Of a DNA stretch of 64,000 nucleotides, positions 47,181 through 55,614 are shown piece after piece; position 1 is the stretch's first letter; every line of letters starts with the position of its first letter. The stretch comes from Nitrospirota bacterium (GTDB lineage Bacteria > Nitrospirota > Thermodesulfovibrionia > UBA6902): the NCBI GenBank assembly GCA_016213945.1, contig JACQZF010000032.1, forward strand, positions 20,324-84,323, read 5' to 3'. The position numbers and the translations under genes were made by a program. A model generated the notes under the pieces. The model was not told where the DNA came from. It was given only the letters and a program-made list of their open reading frames with translations, and searched no databases.

Positions 47181-48512
47181 CTAATACTGATACTCCATCT
47201 GCATCTGCTCCAGCGAGCCTTCCCGCAGCAGGTATTTCACCTTGTCTTCGGCGATCATTTTGAACGCGTGTTTTATTATCACTTTGTAAAACTCGCAGAA
47301 CTCCGCCTTTTTGTACATGTTCCCCCTGGCGTGCATCTCAGCCGGGCACGGCGAGCCGCAGATATGCCTGAAATCGCAGGTGTCGCACTCATCAATCTTT
47401 TCAACCATCCTCGACCTGATTTCTTTGAACGGCTTTGACTTCATCGCGGCGGCAATTGATGTCTTGAAAATATTCCCGCCGGAAAACTCCTTCATGCTGA
47501 TGAACTCCCCGCACGGCACCATATCGCCGTCAGCGGTAACAGTCAAAAATGTGCGCCCGCCTCCGCAGGGAGAGATATCGCACATCATGCGTCTTGCGGT
47601 TGGCGATATGATGGCAAGGATGACATTGGCGAAATTGCCGATGACGATCTGACGCCCGGATTTTTGCGACAACTCCATGGCGGTATCAACGGCCTTAATT
47701 AAATTCTTTGCAAACAACATGTCCTCCGGTTTTATCTGCACCGCAGGCTTCTGAGTAAGCCTGACCGGATTGAGAAGTACGCAGGGAACTTTCTTTTTGT
47801 GCAGGAACCTCACAAGCTCCGATAATTTATTAACATTATATTTCGTAACCGTGCATATCACGTTCAATCCTTCATAGCCGGTAAACCAGTCCAATGCCTG
47901 TACGGCCTTCTGATAATTGCCGCTGCCCTTTGTCGTAGCGCGCGAGCGGTTGTTCATCTCCTCGCCAGCCGCGTCAAGAGATATGCCTACGCCTACTTTG
48001 TATTTTTTCATAAACTCCGCGTCTTCTTTCTCAAGCAAAAGCGCGTTGGTCTGGATGCCGAAAAGAAATTTCCTGTGATACTTCTTTATCGCGTCAAAGA
48101 GAATATCTTTTGCAAGCAGAGGCTCGGCAGCATGAAAGACTATCACGGGTTTTTTCTTTACGCCCTTAAAATGCTCATCCACCTTTTTCAGCACGGTATC
48201 CAATTGCTGCGCCGTCATCTGCGTGCCCTGTTTCCTTATCTTTGCCGGGATGTAGCAGTAAGGGCAATTGGCGTTGCACCTGTCAGTGGGATCGATGTAT
48301 ACGCAGTTCAGATCAGCATTGAACCTGAAATCATTAAGCTCGGTATCAAGGTGTTCTCTCTCTCTTTTATAAAGATCGATCAACTCATCAGGCAGAATGA
48401 ATGTGCCGTTGTCCCTCGGGATGACCCCCCAGAAGACATTGTCAGGGTCAAGCGCCAGCTTCCAGTCAGCATCAATGTCGGAAAACGAGATTCCGCGGTT
48501 GTTGTCTTTCAT
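47181..48512 (-). CDS. radical SAM/SPASM-domain peptide-maturase-like enzyme
   Basis: CNANCPYCY cluster. C-terminal CGGGRTFLTVTADGDMVPC ... CDTCDFRHICGSPCPAE (SPASM-type). Confidence 0.8.
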   Translation of the reverse strand: MKDNNRGISFSDIDADWKLALDPDNVFWGVIPRDNGTFILPDELIDLYKREREHLDTELNDFRFNADLNCVYIDPTDRCNANCPYCYIPAKIRKQGTQMTAQQLDTVLKKVDEHFKGVKKKPVIVFHAAEPLLAKDILFDAIKKYHRKFLFGIQTNALLLEKEDAEFMKKYKVGVGISLDAAGEEMNNRSRATTKGSGNYQKAVQALDWFTGYEGLNVICTVTKYNVNKLSELVRFLHKKKVPCVLLNPVRLTQKPAVQIKPEDMLFAKNLIKAVDTAMELSQKSGRQIVIGNFANVILAIISPTARRMMCDISPCGGGRTFLTVTADGDMVPCGEFISMKEFSGGNIFKTSIAAAMKSKPFKEIRSRMVEKIDECDTCDFRHICGSPCPAEMHARGNMYKKAEFCEFYKVIIKHAFKMIAEDKVKYLLREGSLEQMQMEYQY

Positions 48513-48564
48513 TAGTTATTACTCTCCTTTTAATTAAAATTATATCTATTGCATAACTACAGCC

Positions 48565-48623
48565 GTCATTGCGGCTTGTCCGCAATCCTTCTTTAAGAAA
48601 GATTCCAGACAAGCTGGAATGAC
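48565..48623. repeat. GTCATTGC...GGAATGAC MITE-like element
   Basis: gtcattgcggcttgtccgcaatc...gattccagacaagctggaatgac. Confidence 0.75.
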
Positions 48624-48674
48624 AATAAATATGGATACCCGTTTTCACGGGAATGACGGACACGGCTGCGACTT

Positions 48675-48739
48675 ACCACTGAGACACGGAGACACTGAGA
48701 TACTTGTATTTTCTCTCTGTGCCTCTGTGCCTCTGTGGT
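48675..48739. repeat. inverted CACAGAG-type heptamer arrays
   Basis: accactgagacacggagacactgagata ... ctctctgtgcctctgtgcctctgtggt. Confidence 0.8.
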
Positions 48740-48748
48740 TTTTTTCTG

Positions 48749-48886
48749 TTATAAAGGCATTCTTTTCTTCGGCACATCGCCGTACATTACAAAATGTGTC
48801 AGGCCGTTTGCGGTCTTGGCGCATTTCATGTGATAAGAGATTGCGCTTGTCTTGGCTTTCTTCTCAGCCTTCTTGTTCCTATTCAA
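48749..48886 (-). CDS. 45-aa ORF, candidate precursor peptide for the downstream rSAM/SPASM enzyme
   Basis: aaggaggtg, then a 9-nt spacer, then TTG. Own translation: (M)NRNKKAEKKAKTSAISYHMKCAKTANGLTHFVMYGDVPKKRMPL*. Confidence 0.35.
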   Translation of the reverse strand: MNRNKKAEKKAKTSAISYHMKCAKTANGLTHFVMYGDVPKKRMPL

Positions 48887-48910
48887 TATTTTTCACCTCC
48901 TTTCTTCAAT

Positions 48911-48952
48911 TCTACCCCTCTTTGTAAAAGAGGGGTAGGGGAGATTTTGGGG
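48911..48952. repeat. nested G/C palindromic element (intergenic copy)
   Basis: tctacccctctttgtaaaagaggggtaggggagattttgggg. Confidence 0.75.
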
Positions 48953-48953
48953 A

Positions 48954-49790
48954 CTAATATTTTTCATTCTCAAAAGTCTTCAGTATCTCCCGCCTCGCCT
49001 CGCCGATTGTGAGGGGGATGCGGTCGAATTTTATTTTGTCCTCATGTTTCAGTCTGTAGATAAGCTCCGCTATATGGGGCAGTCTCAGCTTGATGTTCGC
49101 CATATCTTCAGGCGCATTAAACACCTCCTCCGGTGTCCCGCCTCTGGTGATCCTGCCTTTGCTCAGAATGTAAAGCTCGTCAAGAAAAACAGGCACAAGG
49201 TCCACGCTGTGCGTTGCCATCACAATCGTGACCCCGTTTTCCCTGTTGAGCCTTTGAAGCAGTTTCATCATCCTGTATTCGCCCATAGGATCAAGCCCGG
49301 CGGTCGGTTCATCCAGCAAAAGCATTTCATGCCCCATCGCAAGGAGTCCCGCGATACACGCCCTTTTCCTCTGGCCGAAACTCAGGTTGTGCACGGATTT
49401 CTTTTCCAATCCTTCCAGCTCAACCTCTTTCAGCGCGGCCGCCACCCTCTGCTTTACTTCATTGTCATCAAACCCCATGTTCAACGGACCAAAAGCGACA
49501 TCCTCAAAGAGCGTTGGCGCAAAGAGCTGGTCATCCGGATTCTGGAATACAAGCCCCATTTTTTTGTAGATCTGTTTCGGCGTGAGCTTTCTGATATCGG
49601 TCCCGTCAAGCACCACGCGTCCTTCAAAGCCTTTCAAAAGCCCATCCATTGTGCGCAGAAGCGTTGTCTTTCCTGAGCCGTTAGCGCCGAGAAGCCCGAT
49701 GAACTGCCCTTTTTTTACATCAAGGTTTATATCCGAGAGGGCATCAGTCCCGTCAGCATATCTGTAATAAAGTTTCTCAACCGACAACAT
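48954..49790 (-). CDS. cbiO: ECF/cobalt transporter ATP-binding protein
   Basis: Walker A GANGSGKTT, signature LSFGQRKR, Walker B LLLDEP. Confidence 0.85.
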   Translation of the reverse strand: MLSVEKLYYRYADGTDALSDINLDVKKGQFIGLLGANGSGKTTLLRTMDGLLKGFEGRVVLDGTDIRKLTPKQIYKKMGLVFQNPDDQLFAPTLFEDVAFGPLNMGFDDNEVKQRVAAALKEVELEGLEKKSVHNLSFGQRKRACIAGLLAMGHEMLLLDEPTAGLDPMGEYRMMKLLQRLNRENGVTIVMATHSVDLVPVFLDELYILSKGRITRGGTPEEVFNAPEDMANIKLRLPHIAELIYRLKHEDKIKFDRIPLTIGEARREILKTFENEKY

Positions 49791-49806
49791 TGCTTATCCA
49801 GTGTCC

Positions 49807-49888
49807 GTCATTCCCGCAATCTGTTGAGCGGGAATCCAGAGTCTTTTTTAAAGGAACTGGATTCCGGCTTAAAAACTGCCGGAATGAC
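49807..49888. repeat. GTCATTCC...GGAATGAC MITE-like element
   Basis: gtcattcccgcaatc...gcgggaatccag...ctggattccggc...gccggaatgac. Confidence 0.75.
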
Positions 49889-49925
49889 AACCTTAACTTC
49901 ATTATTAATTTGCAAACATTTCTGT

Positions 49926-50693
49926 TCAAATCATCCATATCGCACCCGCAAAAATAATAAACACCATAGCCACAGCAAATTCGCCAAACCGCAGCGGGCG
50001 TTTTTTCACCAAAGGCATATCGCCTGTATATCCCCTCTGCGTCATCGCCTCCGCTGTTTTCTGGGTCTGGTCTATTCCCCTGATCACAAGAGATCCGGTG
50101 AGTGTGCCGAAGGACCTCAGTCCCTTTCTCATGCCACTGTAGCCAAGGCGGTTTTTTTGAGCGCTGTAAATTGTATGCGCGTCTTCAAGGAACATAAATA
50201 TATACCTGTAGGCAAACATCATTATCTCAATGAACCCCTTCGGAACACGAAACCAGGAAAGCCCTGCCATGAATTCCGTAAACGGGGTCGCAAATCCAAG
50301 CGCAATAACGAGAGATACCGCGCCAAGCATTCTGCCTGCAATCTTCAGCCCCTCGATCAGCCCGTCTCTGTGGACCGTTAAAGTGAGAAGCGGGAAGTGG
50401 GAAGTGGGAAGCGAAAAGACAAACAACGTATCTTCCCCTGTAAAAAAACACTTCAATGCCAAAACCACAACGGCCAAAAACAGCGGCTGAGCCATTCTCA
50501 GGAACAATACACGCAATGGAATTCCCATGCGCACACAAAGCAGGAAACACCCTGCGGCAATAAACAATGGGAACAATACCCCTTTATAGCTCAATACCAT
50601 CAGAAGCAGTGCAATGACAACAGCGAGCTTTGCCCTTACGTCAAACTTCACGACAGGATGCTCTTTTTGAAAATGTTCAGAAAATAGTTTCAT
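49926..50693 (-). CDS. cbiQ: cobalt ECF transporter T component
   Basis: Multi-TM CbiQ-like protein between cbiN and cbiO. Start chosen at MKLFSEHF (the longer track start runs through a MITE). In-frame heptamer array at about 50385-50425. Confidence 0.75.
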   Translation of the reverse strand: MKLFSEHFQKEHPVVKFDVRAKLAVVIALLLMVLSYKGVLFPLFIAAGCFLLCVRMGIPLRVLFLRMAQPLFLAVVVLALKCFFTGEDTLFVFSLPTSHFPLLTLTVHRDGLIEGLKIAGRMLGAVSLVIALGFATPFTEFMAGLSWFRVPKGFIEIMMFAYRYIFMFLEDAHTIYSAQKNRLGYSGMRKGLRSFGTLTGSLVIRGIDQTQKTAEAMTQRGYTGDMPLVKKRPLRFGEFAVAMVFIIFAGAIWMI

Positions 50694-50784
50694 AATTCCG
50701 TTCCATGTCATTCCGGCTTGACCGGAATCTTGTAGGGGCAACCCCTGCGGTTACCCTCTATGCGGGCAGGTTCAAAACCTGCCC

Positions 50785-51126
50785 CTATGTTTTCGTCTTG
50801 CCTTCTGTCAGCTTCCTCCAGTAATACCCCGCAGCAAATCCACCAGCGGTTCCTGCAAGAAGGAATACAAACAGGAGCAAATCGCCCTGGTCCGTGTTAA
50901 TTAACGGCTCTCTCGCCTCTCTTCCATGTTCCTTCGCAACCTTCTCCACAACTGATTCATCAACCCCCGTCCAGCCGGCTGCGCCGGCAGAGGTGGGAAG
51001 TAAGAAGTGAGAAGTGAGAAGTAACCATAGTATGAGAAATTGAGAGATTGAGAAGTTGAGGAATTGAGATTTCCTATCTTCTATTTTCCCCTTCTGACTT
51101 CTGACTTCTGACTTCTGACTTTTCAC
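50785..51126 (-). CDS. cbiN: CbiN-like small membrane component of the cobalt transporter
   Basis: Position between cbiM and cbiQ. C-terminal TM LLLFVFLLAGTAGGFAAGYYW. The N-terminal ~45 codons are heptamer arrays. Confidence 0.5.
   Translation of the reverse strand: MKSQKSEVRSQKGKIEDRKSQFLNFSISQFLILWLLLTSHFLLPTSAGAAGWTGVDESVVEKVAKEHGREAREPLINTDQGDLLLFVFLLAGTAGGFAAGYYWRKLTEGKTKT
50993..51123. repeat. composite of three different 7-bp tandem arrays
   Basis: gtgggaagtaagaagtgagaagtgagaagt / gagaaattgagagattgagaagttgaggaattgag / cttctgacttctgacttctgacttctgact. Confidence 0.85.
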
Positions 51127-51902
51127 AATGCCGCCTCTTCCGCTTTCAGCACGCCCATTTTCACAAGGAGGTCGGGACGTCTTTTATAAAGCAGGACGAC
51201 CATGCCTGAGGTCATTGCCCCTTCAAGGATGCCCAATGGAAGTTGTGTGGGAATGAAGGCAATGAGTATCTTGTAGAAAAGCGGGAGGAATGGCGAATCG
51301 CCTCTTATTCCCGATGCAAGTTCAACGGATGTTGTCATATAGGTTGCCCAGTCTGCGAGGACGCCCGCGATAAAAGCAGCTACAGCCATGTTTACCTTTA
51401 CCGAGCGCAAAGCCCTGAATGTCAGAAATCCTGCAAAGGACCCCATCACGCCCATTGAAAATATGTCCGCCCCCCACGTGCTCAATCCGCCGTGGGCAAG
51501 AAAGAGCGCCTGGATGAGCAATGCCACCGCGGTAACAAGAACGCTTATTGCGGGGCCAACGAGTATCGCGGATATTCCCGTCCCCGCGGGGTGGGAGCAT
51601 GTCCCGGCAGTTGGAACGGGGATTGGCATACATGAGATGATAAAAACGATTGCAGCCATTAACCCAACGAGAGGTTTGAATGAGGGGTCAACAGCGGAAA
51701 GTTTTTTCAACCTGTATAGCCCATATGCTACAAAAGGGACCGCAGCGGCAAACCAAAGCGCCGCCCAGTTGAACGGCAGGATCCCTTCGGAAATGTGCAT
51801 AGCGTGTGCGTCAGTGACAAGCACTAAAGTAACGAGAAGGAAAGAATTAAAAAATGTTATTTCGTGCTTTTGACTTTTGACTTTTGACTTTTGACTGCTC
51901 AT
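51123..51902 (-). CDS. cbiM: cobalt transporter membrane component CbiM
   Basis: MHISEGILP motif after a 34-aa leader, multi-TM. ATGA coupling to cbiX-cbiC. An alternative start at M35 (51800) is possible. Confidence 0.85.
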   Translation of the reverse strand: MSSQKSKVKSQKHEITFFNSFLLVTLVLVTDAHAMHISEGILPFNWAALWFAAAVPFVAYGLYRLKKLSAVDPSFKPLVGLMAAIVFIISCMPIPVPTAGTCSHPAGTGISAILVGPAISVLVTAVALLIQALFLAHGGLSTWGADIFSMGVMGSFAGFLTFRALRSVKVNMAVAAFIAGVLADWATYMTTSVELASGIRGDSPFLPLFYKILIAFIPTQLPLGILEGAMTSGMVVLLYKRRPDLLVKMGVLKAEEAAL

Positions 51903-52891
51903 TCCTCACCTGCCATTAGCAATAATGCATTTACAATTGCCACCGCAACAGGCGTGCCGCCTTTCCTGCTAAGGTTTGTTATAAACGGGAATGTCTGCTC
52001 GGCAAGTAATGCCTTTGACTCCAACGCCTTAACGAACCCAACGGGAACGCCGACAACGAGTGACGGATGACGGGTGACAGGTGACGAGTTGAAAATCTCA
52101 ATTGTCTTAAGCAATGCTGTCGGCGCGTTACCGATCGCGATGATGCCGATGTTGTGGTTTTCTTTTAATGCAGATTCCATGCCTATCTCCGCCCTTGTTT
52201 TATTAGCTGACTGCTGATCGCTGACCGCTGACTGCTGTATTTCACAAACAACCTTCCCGCCCCATTTTGACAGGAGCTTTTTGTTGATCCCTGTTCTGAC
52301 CATTTCAATGTCGGTCAAAATATCTTTACCTGCTTTGATCGCTGCGATACCTGCCTTCACCGCATCAGGATAAAATACGAGACTGTGTTTGAATTCAAAA
52401 TCAGCGGTTGAATGTATCACGCGTTTTATTATCGGCAGTCTCTCTGCAGGGACATCGCTTAAGTCGATCTCATCGGAGATTATTTCAAAACTCTTTTTCT
52501 CGATGTCTTCGGGCTTCATGCCAGACGCCGCCTGTATCCTCTCCAGAACGATCTGGGCCAGCTTGCCGTGAATGCCGAGAGGCTCGGTGTAAACTAATTC
52601 CACCCCCGGGAATGTCTCCCCAGCCTCTTTTATTATCGCCGGGATGTCAGTTGTTACGTGCATCCCGCTGCTTAAAAAGTACGGATGAATGATGATCTTC
52701 CTTGCCCCGTCTTTAACGCAGCCTTTAATTGCCTCCATTATGTCCGGCTGTGCAAACTGTAAATATGCGGCCCGCACACAGTGATCGCCGCATCCGGGAT
52801 GTATCGTGTTGTGCAGCAGCTTTGCCACATGTTCAAGATTGTTCGCGCCTTTTTTAGGACTGCCGTGTCCAGCAATAAGAATTATTTCCAT
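51899..52891 (-). CDS. cbiC: fused sirohydrochlorin cobaltochelatase (CbiX-small) / precorrin-8X methylmutase (CbiC)
   Basis: N-terminal MEIILIAGHGSPKK...IIIHPYFLSSGMHV. C-terminal IIKRVIHSTADFEF...IAIGNAPTAL...VGVPVGFV. Two heptamer inserts. Confidence 0.8.
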   Translation of the reverse strand: MEIILIAGHGSPKKGANNLEHVAKLLHNTIHPGCGDHCVRAAYLQFAQPDIMEAIKGCVKDGARKIIIHPYFLSSGMHVTTDIPAIIKEAGETFPGVELVYTEPLGIHGKLAQIVLERIQAASGMKPEDIEKKSFEIISDEIDLSDVPAERLPIIKRVIHSTADFEFKHSLVFYPDAVKAGIAAIKAGKDILTDIEMVRTGINKKLLSKWGGKVVCEIQQSAVSDQQSANKTRAEIGMESALKENHNIGIIAIGNAPTALLKTIEIFNSSPVTRHPSLVVGVPVGFVKALESKALLAEQTFPFITNLSRKGGTPVAVAIVNALLLMAGEE

Positions 52892-54360
52892 GGTACTCCC
52901 TTACAATGTTTTATAAAATTTTCCGCTATCGAATGATTGCTCCCAAAGTGTATATGAATATAACTGCCGAGCGTGTTCTTGATAAGATACCCTTCGCCGG
53001 ACAGAGCTTTACCATTGCCGTCTTTGACGGAATAGGTTGCAGTAACCCCCCCGTGCCCCCCCCTTAAATAAGGGAGGGATGGGGGGGTTATCTCCGAATA
53101 ATGAAACTCGTGCCCGCGAAGCGTCATTCCATCTTCGCCGATGATAGAGTCCTGCTTAAGGACCAATTCCCTGTATCCGAGTTTGGCCCTGCCCTTTGTC
53201 ATTTTTGTCCTGAGCGGAAAGGTTCCTGCCATAGGATAAAAAACCTCGTCGAAATCATATATCCCCTCCGTGAGATACATGAAACCGCCGCACTCCGCGT
53301 ATACGGGCTTTTCTTCATTTGCAAAATGTCTCACAGATTCCAGCATTGATTTGTTGCCGGACAATTGTTTTGCGTACAGTTCCGGATAACCTCCGCCGAT
53401 GTACACTGCGTCAGCGTCATCCGGTACTTTACTGTCTGCAAGCGGGCTGAACAACACGATCTCCGCTCCTGCTTCTTTCAGCAGATCAAGATTATCCTCA
53501 TAGTAGAAACAGAACGCCTTGTCATGGGCAACGGCGATCTTTACCCCTCCCATCCTCCCCTTGCCAAGGGGAGGAGCAAGGTGGGGTTTCTTTCCTTCTT
53601 CTGGACTTTTGTTCTTTTGCGCTCTTGCTCTTTTGCACTTTTGCGCTATCGCATCCACATCCACATACTTCAAAACTACGTCCGCCAGCTTCTGTATGGT
53701 TTGTTCTGAGATCGGCCCTTCTTCCGCCACGGTAAGTCCGAGATGCCTGTGAGGGATCTCAAAATTCAGGTCACGCGGCAGATACCCAAGCACAGGCACA
53801 TCGTGCACACTGTCTTTCAGCCGGTTAAAATGATTTTCAGATGCCACGCGGTTGAAGATAACACCGTTAATAAGCTCGGTAGCGCAGTAGCTCAGTAGCT
53901 CAGTAACAAAAGGTTCTACTCCAGTTGCTCTGCTGCTCTGCTGTTCTGCTGCTCTGTATTCCCTAAATCCTTTCACTACCGCTCCCGCGCTCTCCGCCAT
54001 TCCATACGCATCCACAACAAGTATGACTGGAAGATCAAGCGTATGTGCGAGCGATGCGGTGCTGAGCTTCCCGTCATATAGTCCCATCACGCCTTCTACA
54101 ACTGATATGTCGGCATCCGCCGAATATTTTTCAAAACATCCCCTGACATAATCTTCTCCGCACATCCAGAGGTCGAGATTACGGGATGTCCTGCCGGTAA
54201 TAACTTTGTGCAAACCCGCGTCAATAAAATCAGGCCCGGTCTTAAACGACTGAACACTCAATCCCTTTTTCTTCAATGCAGCGAGAATGCCGAGCGTAAC
54301 CGTTGTCTTGCCGCATCCGCTGTGTGTCCCTGCGATGATTATGCCTTTTATTGTGTTCAT
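52882..54360 (-). CDS. cbiA: cobyrinate a,c-diamide synthase
   Basis: IIIAGTHSGCGKTTVTLG, GPDFID, C-terminal GATase (ECGGFMYL). At least four in-frame repeat inserts. Confidence 0.85.
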   Translation of the reverse strand: MNTIKGIIIAGTHSGCGKTTVTLGILAALKKKGLSVQSFKTGPDFIDAGLHKVITGRTSRNLDLWMCGEDYVRGCFEKYSADADISVVEGVMGLYDGKLSTASLAHTLDLPVILVVDAYGMAESAGAVVKGFREYRAAEQQSSRATGVEPFVTELLSYCATELINGVIFNRVASENHFNRLKDSVHDVPVLGYLPRDLNFEIPHRHLGLTVAEEGPISEQTIQKLADVVLKYVDVDAIAQKCKRARAQKNKSPEEGKKPHLAPPLGKGRMGGVKIAVAHDKAFCFYYEDNLDLLKEAGAEIVLFSPLADSKVPDDADAVYIGGGYPELYAKQLSGNKSMLESVRHFANEEKPVYAECGGFMYLTEGIYDFDEVFYPMAGTFPLRTKMTKGRAKLGYRELVLKQDSIIGEDGMTLRGHEFHYSEITPPSLPYLRGGHGGVTATYSVKDGNGKALSGEGYLIKNTLGSYIHIHFGSNHSIAENFIKHCKGVPWK

Positions 54361-54381
54361 AAAATTATTGAAAAATCTCCC

Positions 54382-55614
54382 CTAACCCCTCTTTTCCAAA
54401 GAGGGGAAGATATTGTCCCCCTTTGTAAAAGGGGGATGTAGGGGGATTTTGGTAACAATATTTTTTAATTCTTTCAGCAACATCTTATTATGCTTTCTGG
54501 ATTTGACAGCTACCCTGACATACGAATTGTCCAGGCCTTTGAAGTTTGTGCAGTCTCGAACAAGGATGCCTTTCTCTCTAAGTGCTTGGACTACCCCCCC
54601 TTCGCCCCCCCTTACCAAGGGGGGGATGGGGGGGGTAATTTTTAGTAAGTAATAATTCACCGACGACGGATAAAAGCGGATCCCCATCTTCCTGAAGCCT
54701 CTCTCCATAAATTCCTTTTCCTTTGCTATCAATTCAAATGTCTGCTTTGCATACTCAGTGTCTTCAAGCGCGGTGATCGCCGCCTTCTGCGCCAGATTGT
54801 TTACAGTCCACGGTTCTTTAAAACCTTTTATCTGAGAAATCAGATTAGGATGAAAGACCCCGTATCCTATCCTCAATCCAGTAAGCGCATAAAACTTTGT
54901 CATTGAGCGCAGCACGATCAAATAAGGATTGTCCTGAACATGATCGATCACCGATTCCTCTGGGTGAAAATCAATGAACGCCTCATCTACAACAAGCACG
55001 CATTGCGTATCTCTTGCAGCTTCAGCAATTCTCAACACATCGCCTTTCTTAAGAAGATGGCCCGTCGGATTGTTCGGGTTGCAAAGAAAGAGGAGTTTGG
55101 CGTTTGGCGTTTGGCGTTCAGAGTTAAAAGAAAGTGTCTTGATTGCAGATATGAATTCGTCAGTGATTACCCTGAAATTATTTTCTTTTCTTAACTCATA
55201 ACTCTTAACTCTGAACTCTGAACTTAATTTGCAGGCCTTTTCATATTCCGAAAAAGTCGGAGCGGGAATGAGCGCCGTCTCCGGTTTCAACGCGCGCGGA
55301 ATAAGATAGATAAGCTCGGTGCTGCCGTTGCCGCAGATAATGGTTTCAGGACTGATATCGTGAAATCGTGAAAGTCTTTCTCTCAGCATTTTTGATTCAG
55401 GGTCAGGGTAATTGATCAGGCCGTTCATCTCACTCTTAATTACGTTCTTCACCTTCCGCGAAACTCCGAGCGGGTTGATAGACGCGCTGAAGTCAATTAA
55501 TTTGTCTTCAGAAACTCCAAGCTCTTCCGCAATCCTGTAGATATTCCCGCCGTGATCGAACAAGCTCGGCGTTAAGCGTTCAGAGTTCAGCGTTCCAAAA
55601 TTCTCTTTGATCAT
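54382..55614 (-). CDS. cobD: threonine-phosphate decarboxylase (class I/II aminotransferase fold)
   Basis: HGGNIY...LIDFSASINPLG, SMTKFYALTGLRIGY. Multiple in-frame repeat inserts, and the C-terminus lies inside palindromic elements. Confidence 0.8.
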   Translation of the reverse strand: MIKENFGTLNSERLTPSLFDHGGNIYRIAEELGVSEDKLIDFSASINPLGVSRKVKNVIKSEMNGLINYPDPESKMLRERLSRFHDISPETIICGNGSTELIYLIPRALKPETALIPAPTFSEYEKACKLSSEFRVKSYELRKENNFRVITDEFISAIKTLSFNSERQTPNAKLLFLCNPNNPTGHLLKKGDVLRIAEAARDTQCVLVVDEAFIDFHPEESVIDHVQDNPYLIVLRSMTKFYALTGLRIGYGVFHPNLISQIKGFKEPWTVNNLAQKAAITALEDTEYAKQTFELIAKEKEFMERGFRKMGIRFYPSSVNYYLLKITPPIPPLVRGGEGGVVQALREKGILVRDCTNFKGLDNSYVRVAVKSRKHNKMLLKELKNIVTKIPLHPPFTKGDNIFPSLEKRG

